Shown here: positions 60,164 to 64,000 of the stretch, piece after piece
Layout of the letters: the number at the start of each line of letters is the position of its first letter
How positions within the stretch are numbered: position 1 is the stretch's first letter
From: a virus
Lineage: Duplodnaviria > Caudoviricetes
IMG/VR virus record: IMGVR_UViG_3300035501_000922
Strand: one strand, 5' to 3'
Length of the DNA stretch: 64,000 nucleotides
Position numbers and translations under genes: made by a program
Notes under the pieces: generated by a model
Told to the model about the DNA's origin: nothing
Database searches by the model: none
What the model saw: the letters and a program-made list of their open reading frames with translations, nothing else

Positions 60164-60234
60164 CTGTATAAGGGCTGACGGTTCATTTTGTCAGCCATTA
60201 TTTTATTTTTATTTAAAGAAAGGAAGTTTTAATC

Positions 60235-61293
60235 ATGATAACAATTAAAGAAAAAATTTACGAGGCAGCATCTTACCATCACCAGTACTACTTGGCGGGA
60301 CTGCACATAACACATGATGACGCAGATGGCGTTGCATGTGGTGTAGTATCGAAGTTTATCAAAAACCTCGATACTGATGTCATTAACTGCAGTATCGCTG
60401 ATGTGAATCAGACTATAAGTCAGATGCTCGATAGCGAACTCAGTTTAGTGTCTTATGACGCTATATTGATTACGGACATCGTAATCAGCGACAACAACGC
60501 CGAAAGACTAAACGCCTTTTGTGAAGAGAGGGGCATTGCTCTGGAGGTTTATGACCATCACGAGACGAATCATCTTGGTGAGCTCTATGAGTGGGCTCAC
60601 ATAAAGAGTACAGACGATGAAGGTATTCCTATGTCAGCTGCAAAATATCTCTGTACAGAGATGAAAGACGTCATCAATGAGAAGGTCTACCCTCATCTCA
60701 GCGTAATGATGAACGACGTAAGTCGTTACGATACGGGGGAGTGGACCAGACACCCAAAAGCGCATCCCGACGAAGATCAGTACCATATACTGAATCTGAT
60801 AAGAGGACCACAAAATTTATATGATATGCTTGTGAGTGCATTGAATACTTACAAGCATATTGAGAACACCAATGAAGCCAGCAACCTTATACGTAAAGAG
60901 TATGCTCCTTTCGCCGGCATGGTTGCAGGGTTTAAAGAGAAGAAGGACCGAGTACTTGAGCACGTGCTCGGTCCTGATAATATAACTATATTTACGGGAG
61001 GCATCAATTCGTTTACCCATAAATATGCGCTCGTCATCGTTTCAGATGACTTTGCGCATTATGAAATGCGCAAAGTCATTCAAGAGATGCCTGATATAGA
61101 CGTTGTCGTTGGCATCTATCCAAAGAGTCGAAAGCTTTCATTCAGGACTAACCATGACGACGTCGATGTGTCGGAGCTGGCTAAAAGTTTCGGTGGCGGC
61201 GGACACCGTAACATAGCCGGAGCTACACTTGACAAGGAAAACTTTATGCGAATCCTTAAAGTGTACTACGGTACTGACGTGGAGGGAATATGA
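60235..61293 (+). CDS. DHH/DHHA1 phosphoesterase, paralog of 52905..53927
   Basis: THDDADG, ITD, YDHH, SFR, GGGGHRNIAG. Confidence 0.9.
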   Translation: MITIKEKIYEAASYHHQYYLAGLHITHDDADGVACGVVSKFIKNLDTDVINCSIADVNQTISQMLDSELSLVSYDAILITDIVISDNNAERLNAFCEERGIALEVYDHHETNHLGELYEWAHIKSTDDEGIPMSAAKYLCTEMKDVINEKVYPHLSVMMNDVSRYDTGEWTRHPKAHPDEDQYHILNLIRGPQNLYDMLVSALNTYKHIENTNEASNLIRKEYAPFAGMVAGFKEKKDRVLEHVLGPDNITIFTGGINSFTHKYALVIVSDDFAHYEMRKVIQEMPDIDVVVGIYPKSRKLSFRTNHDDVDVSELAKSFGGGGHRNIAGATLDKENFMRILKVYYGTDVEGI

Positions 61294-61475
61294 TAAATTG
61301 CAAATTAAACGTCAAGCGTGCCGAATTTCATTTATCCCAAAAAGCCTTGTCAGATATGACAGGAATAAGGCTTCAGACGATTTCGGACATGGAGACTGGC
61401 AAGACAAAAGCTTACTCGGCTGAGAATCTCAGCAAGCTTTGTCAAGTATTTATGTGCCAAATAATATGTTCCTGA
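61290..61475 (+). CDS. XRE-family HTH protein
   Basis: LSQKALSDMTGI..QTISDMETGK...LSKLCQVF. Confidence 0.8.
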   Translation: MINCKLNVKRAEFHLSQKALSDMTGIRLQTISDMETGKTKAYSAENLSKLCQVFMCQIICS

Positions 61476-61509
61476 TGAAAATAACAGTGACAAGTAGTGA
61501 CTAAAAAAA

Positions 61510-61540
61510 TAAGGCTAACGATTAATTTCGTTAGCCTTAT
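61510..61540. terminator. Bidirectional terminator
   Basis: TAAGGCTAACGA/TCGTTAGCCTTA between convergent genes. Confidence 0.8.
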
Positions 61541-61554
61541 TATTTTTTTTTTGT

Positions 61555-64000
61555 TTAAATGCTGTTTAAGAAGAACAACAGCTCATCGCTGATCTTATCT
61601 TCGGAATAAAGTATTTCTTGACCCAGTAATTCAGGATTCTCATAAGTCACATACGTAAATCTCGTATTTATAAGTGTACTTAATAACGACAGAATGTAGT
61701 CCGGTTTAATCTGCTGTAACAAATTGTATTTATTAGTAATAAGATTTTGATAAAGATATGACTCTTCAATCTTAGAAATAAACTTGTTGTTACGAATTAT
61801 TCTTGTATTTACTCTATCTTCCAAGTTTCCTGTTAAAATATACGGCAATGCTGCTTGATGAACCTCACCGTTTTCATCTTTCTCATATCCCAGTTCGATA
61901 AGTAATTTCTTCTTAAGAAGTAATGCCAGTATAATATAATCTCTTCTAGTAAGTAAGTTTAAATCTCTATAAGACCCAAAATACTTTGTATAGTATGAGT
62001 ATATCAACTGAATTTGTATTTTTGATGGTGTAAGATGCTCTCTGTAATAATCAACCTCTTCTTCAGACAACGGTACATCAATGATCTTTCGGATCCTTTC
62101 AATTGTCTTTTGAATATTGATATCTGCAAACGTGGTAGCACCTTCATCTAACTTAGTTAGATTCATTGCCATTTTATCAATACCTGATAATCCATCACTA
62201 TTTTTTGTATTTGTAACTTCTGTTATATTTTTCTGGTACTGTTCTTTCAGGAAGTAATTAAGTTGAAATTTTATACATTTACTACCTCATGTTTCCATGC
62301 AGGATTAGACTATATCTTCATCTCTATATTCTATTACCAAATATAAAGAGCCACCCATTTCGGAATTAAAATCCTACTCTACTCAGTTACTCACTTAGAT
62401 ATTTCTTCTAAGCTACCTTTTCGATAGTCGTTGAACGTTCTTCAATAAAGAAGCTTCGCTGCTGATTGTCTCTATTCATTAGATTATTACACTTTGGTAC
62501 TAATGACCTAACAAGAAGTTCCCAGCAATTAGAGTGGTTTGTCCAGTGGTTTGCACCACTTTGCGACTATTAAATTTAATCGTTTTGTTAACCTTATATA
62601 TCTTGTCTTTCGACAAAGAAGTAGACTATATCTTCATCATATATTCTTTTACCAAATATATAATGCCTCCCATTTCGGATTTACTTAAATCCTACTCTAC
62701 TCGGTTACTCACTTAAGTATTTCTCTTAAGATACCCTTTCGATAGTCGTTGAACGTTCTTATATATTAAATTTAAATTATTTTAGTAGATTTTATTAGGT
62801 GGGGATTAAAAATTTTTATCATATTATTACTTCCTTTCATGTTTTTTAAATTCATAGTTACATGCAATAGTTTTCCACGATTTACCCGCATAGATTAATC
62901 CTATAGATTCGCTTGAAACACCTGTCTTTTCAGATATCTCAGCATATGTCTTATTGCCGGCTTGAAGCATCTCACAAACTAAATGAATTTGTTCCTTGGT
63001 ATACTTTATTTTGCATTTTCGTGCACTGACACTATATCTATCAATATCGTAATTTTTACTGATGTTATTCCATATTATATGATTACGAATTTGTTTTACT
63101 ACAGTGTATGAAACGTTAGTTAAATTTGAAATTTCTCTCATTGTTTTCAAATTTTCTTCAAGATATTTACATACCTTTTGAATTTGTTCATTCGTATACT
63201 CAGAATTTGGATGGTCTTCTCCGTCTTTTGCAGAACTTAGTCCAGTTTTCCACGCATGATGAATATTTTCTTTAGCTGTATTCCATTCTAAATTTGAAAC
63301 GCAGTTGTTATCAATATTCCCATCCTTATGGTTAACTTGTTCTTTATTTTCAGGATTTGGAATAAATGCCGATGCAACTAATCTATGGACTGCACAATAA
63401 TGGGGTTTACCATCTATATAGATAATAACATGATGGTACCCATCTTTGTCTAACCAATGCATAAGAATCTTTTTTGTTTGCTTCCTTATGCTTATTACTT
63501 CGCCATTTATTGTAACCATATATTTTGTTTTTATCCCGTTTAAATAAATCCACCTAATAAAATTATCATCTGTATAATCAATACCTAAAGTATCGATTAA
63601 AAATTGATTAAGTTGTTTTTTCTTACTCATAATTTATAAATATATAAGCTTCGCTGCGGATTGTCTCTATTCTTAACATTGTTACTATACCTTTGGAATT
63701 ACCCATTGCCATTATTATATTACTATAATAATTTAGTAGTTAAGACCTAACGAGAAGTTCCCCGCAATTAAAGAGGTTTTAATTGAGCTATAACTAACCC
63801 AATGATGTTCTCCTTGTACTTATGAAGTTTCGGATCCCAATGCTCGTTGAATTTATATTTAACTATATTTTCACTAATAAGAACAGTTTTTGTGAAGTGA
63901 TTAATTACAGTGTATACATCTGTACCAAAAATCTCCCTTTGTTCAAAGATAGGGGCATTATTACTATTTGATTCTAAAACCTTGGCTTTGCATAATTTTC
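61555..64000 (-). CDS. Intron-split gene (5' partial), possibly non-virion RNAP promoter-specificity subunit
   Basis: Exons >63990-63797, 62591-62579, 62275-61555 join as ...ENIIGFNKTIIKFQLNYFLKEQY...; functional call is from recalled resemblance to AR9 gp226/phiKZ gp68 only. Confidence 0.5.
62276..62578 (-). mobile_element. Group I intron (ORF-less), 303 nt
   Basis: Core motifs; P1 CGAU/GUCG; ends AAAUG. Confidence 0.9.
62592..63796 (-). mobile_element. Group I intron with HNH endonuclease, 1205 nt
   Basis: Core motifs; P1 AUUGGGU/GCUCAAU; P10 GUUA/UAAC. Confidence 0.9.
62827..63630 (-). CDS. Intron-encoded HNH homing endonuclease
   Basis: VHRLVASAFIPNP...VNHKDGNIDNNCVSNLEW...EN.HHA plus HTH-like repeats. 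Confidence 0.9.
   Translation of the reverse strand: MSKKKQLNQFLIDTLGIDYTDDNFIRWIYLNGIKTKYMVTINGEVISIRKQTKKILMHWLDKDGYHHVIIYIDGKPHYCAVHRLVASAFIPNPENKEQVNHKDGNIDNNCVSNLEWNTAKENIHHAWKTGLSSAKDGEDHPNSEYTNEQIQKVCKYLEENLKTMREISNLTNVSYTVVKQIRNHIIWNNISKNYDIDRYSVSARKCKIKYTKEQIHLVCEMLQAGNKTYAEISEKTGVSSESIGLIYAGKSWKTIACNYEFKKHERK

Noticed and set aside
808-62716. Many short antisense or overlapping ORFs in the track (e.g. 17450+, 18212+, 36493+, 43823+, 44133+, 49477+, 58882-, 62534+)
   Set aside because: Shadow frames of real genes or introns, with no RBS and unnatural composition

Overview
AT-rich 64-kb segment of a jumbo myophage of the phiKZ/AR9(PBS1)-like type. The host is probably a Firmicute (strong AGGAG/GGTGA RBSs; inference), and the genetic code is standard. 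Left part: virion module with two long paralogous tail-fibre genes, LamG and fibrinogen-like proteins, prohead protease, neck and baseplate proteins, and a cluster of small genes sharing an identical promoter+RBS+MDIENELY leader cassette. Middle and right: split multisubunit RNA polymerase subunits (virion and non-virion type), SF2 and SF1B helicases, primase, NAD-dependent ligase, RecA/UvsX, polyphosphate kinase 1, two DHH phosphoesterases and five BspA-type LRR proteins. Seven closely related group I introns (two with HNH homing endonucleases) split three genes, leaving exons as short as 13 nt. Two phage promoter classes are readable (TTATAYATTAT, early-type; AACA-N6-TA, late-type). The best candidate for an undescribed system is a TROVE/Ro-like-repeat + TerD protein preceded by a separately terminated transcript carrying two covarying ~83-nt structured RNAs (Y-RNA-like arrangement). 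Family assignments come from motif recognition, not database searches.
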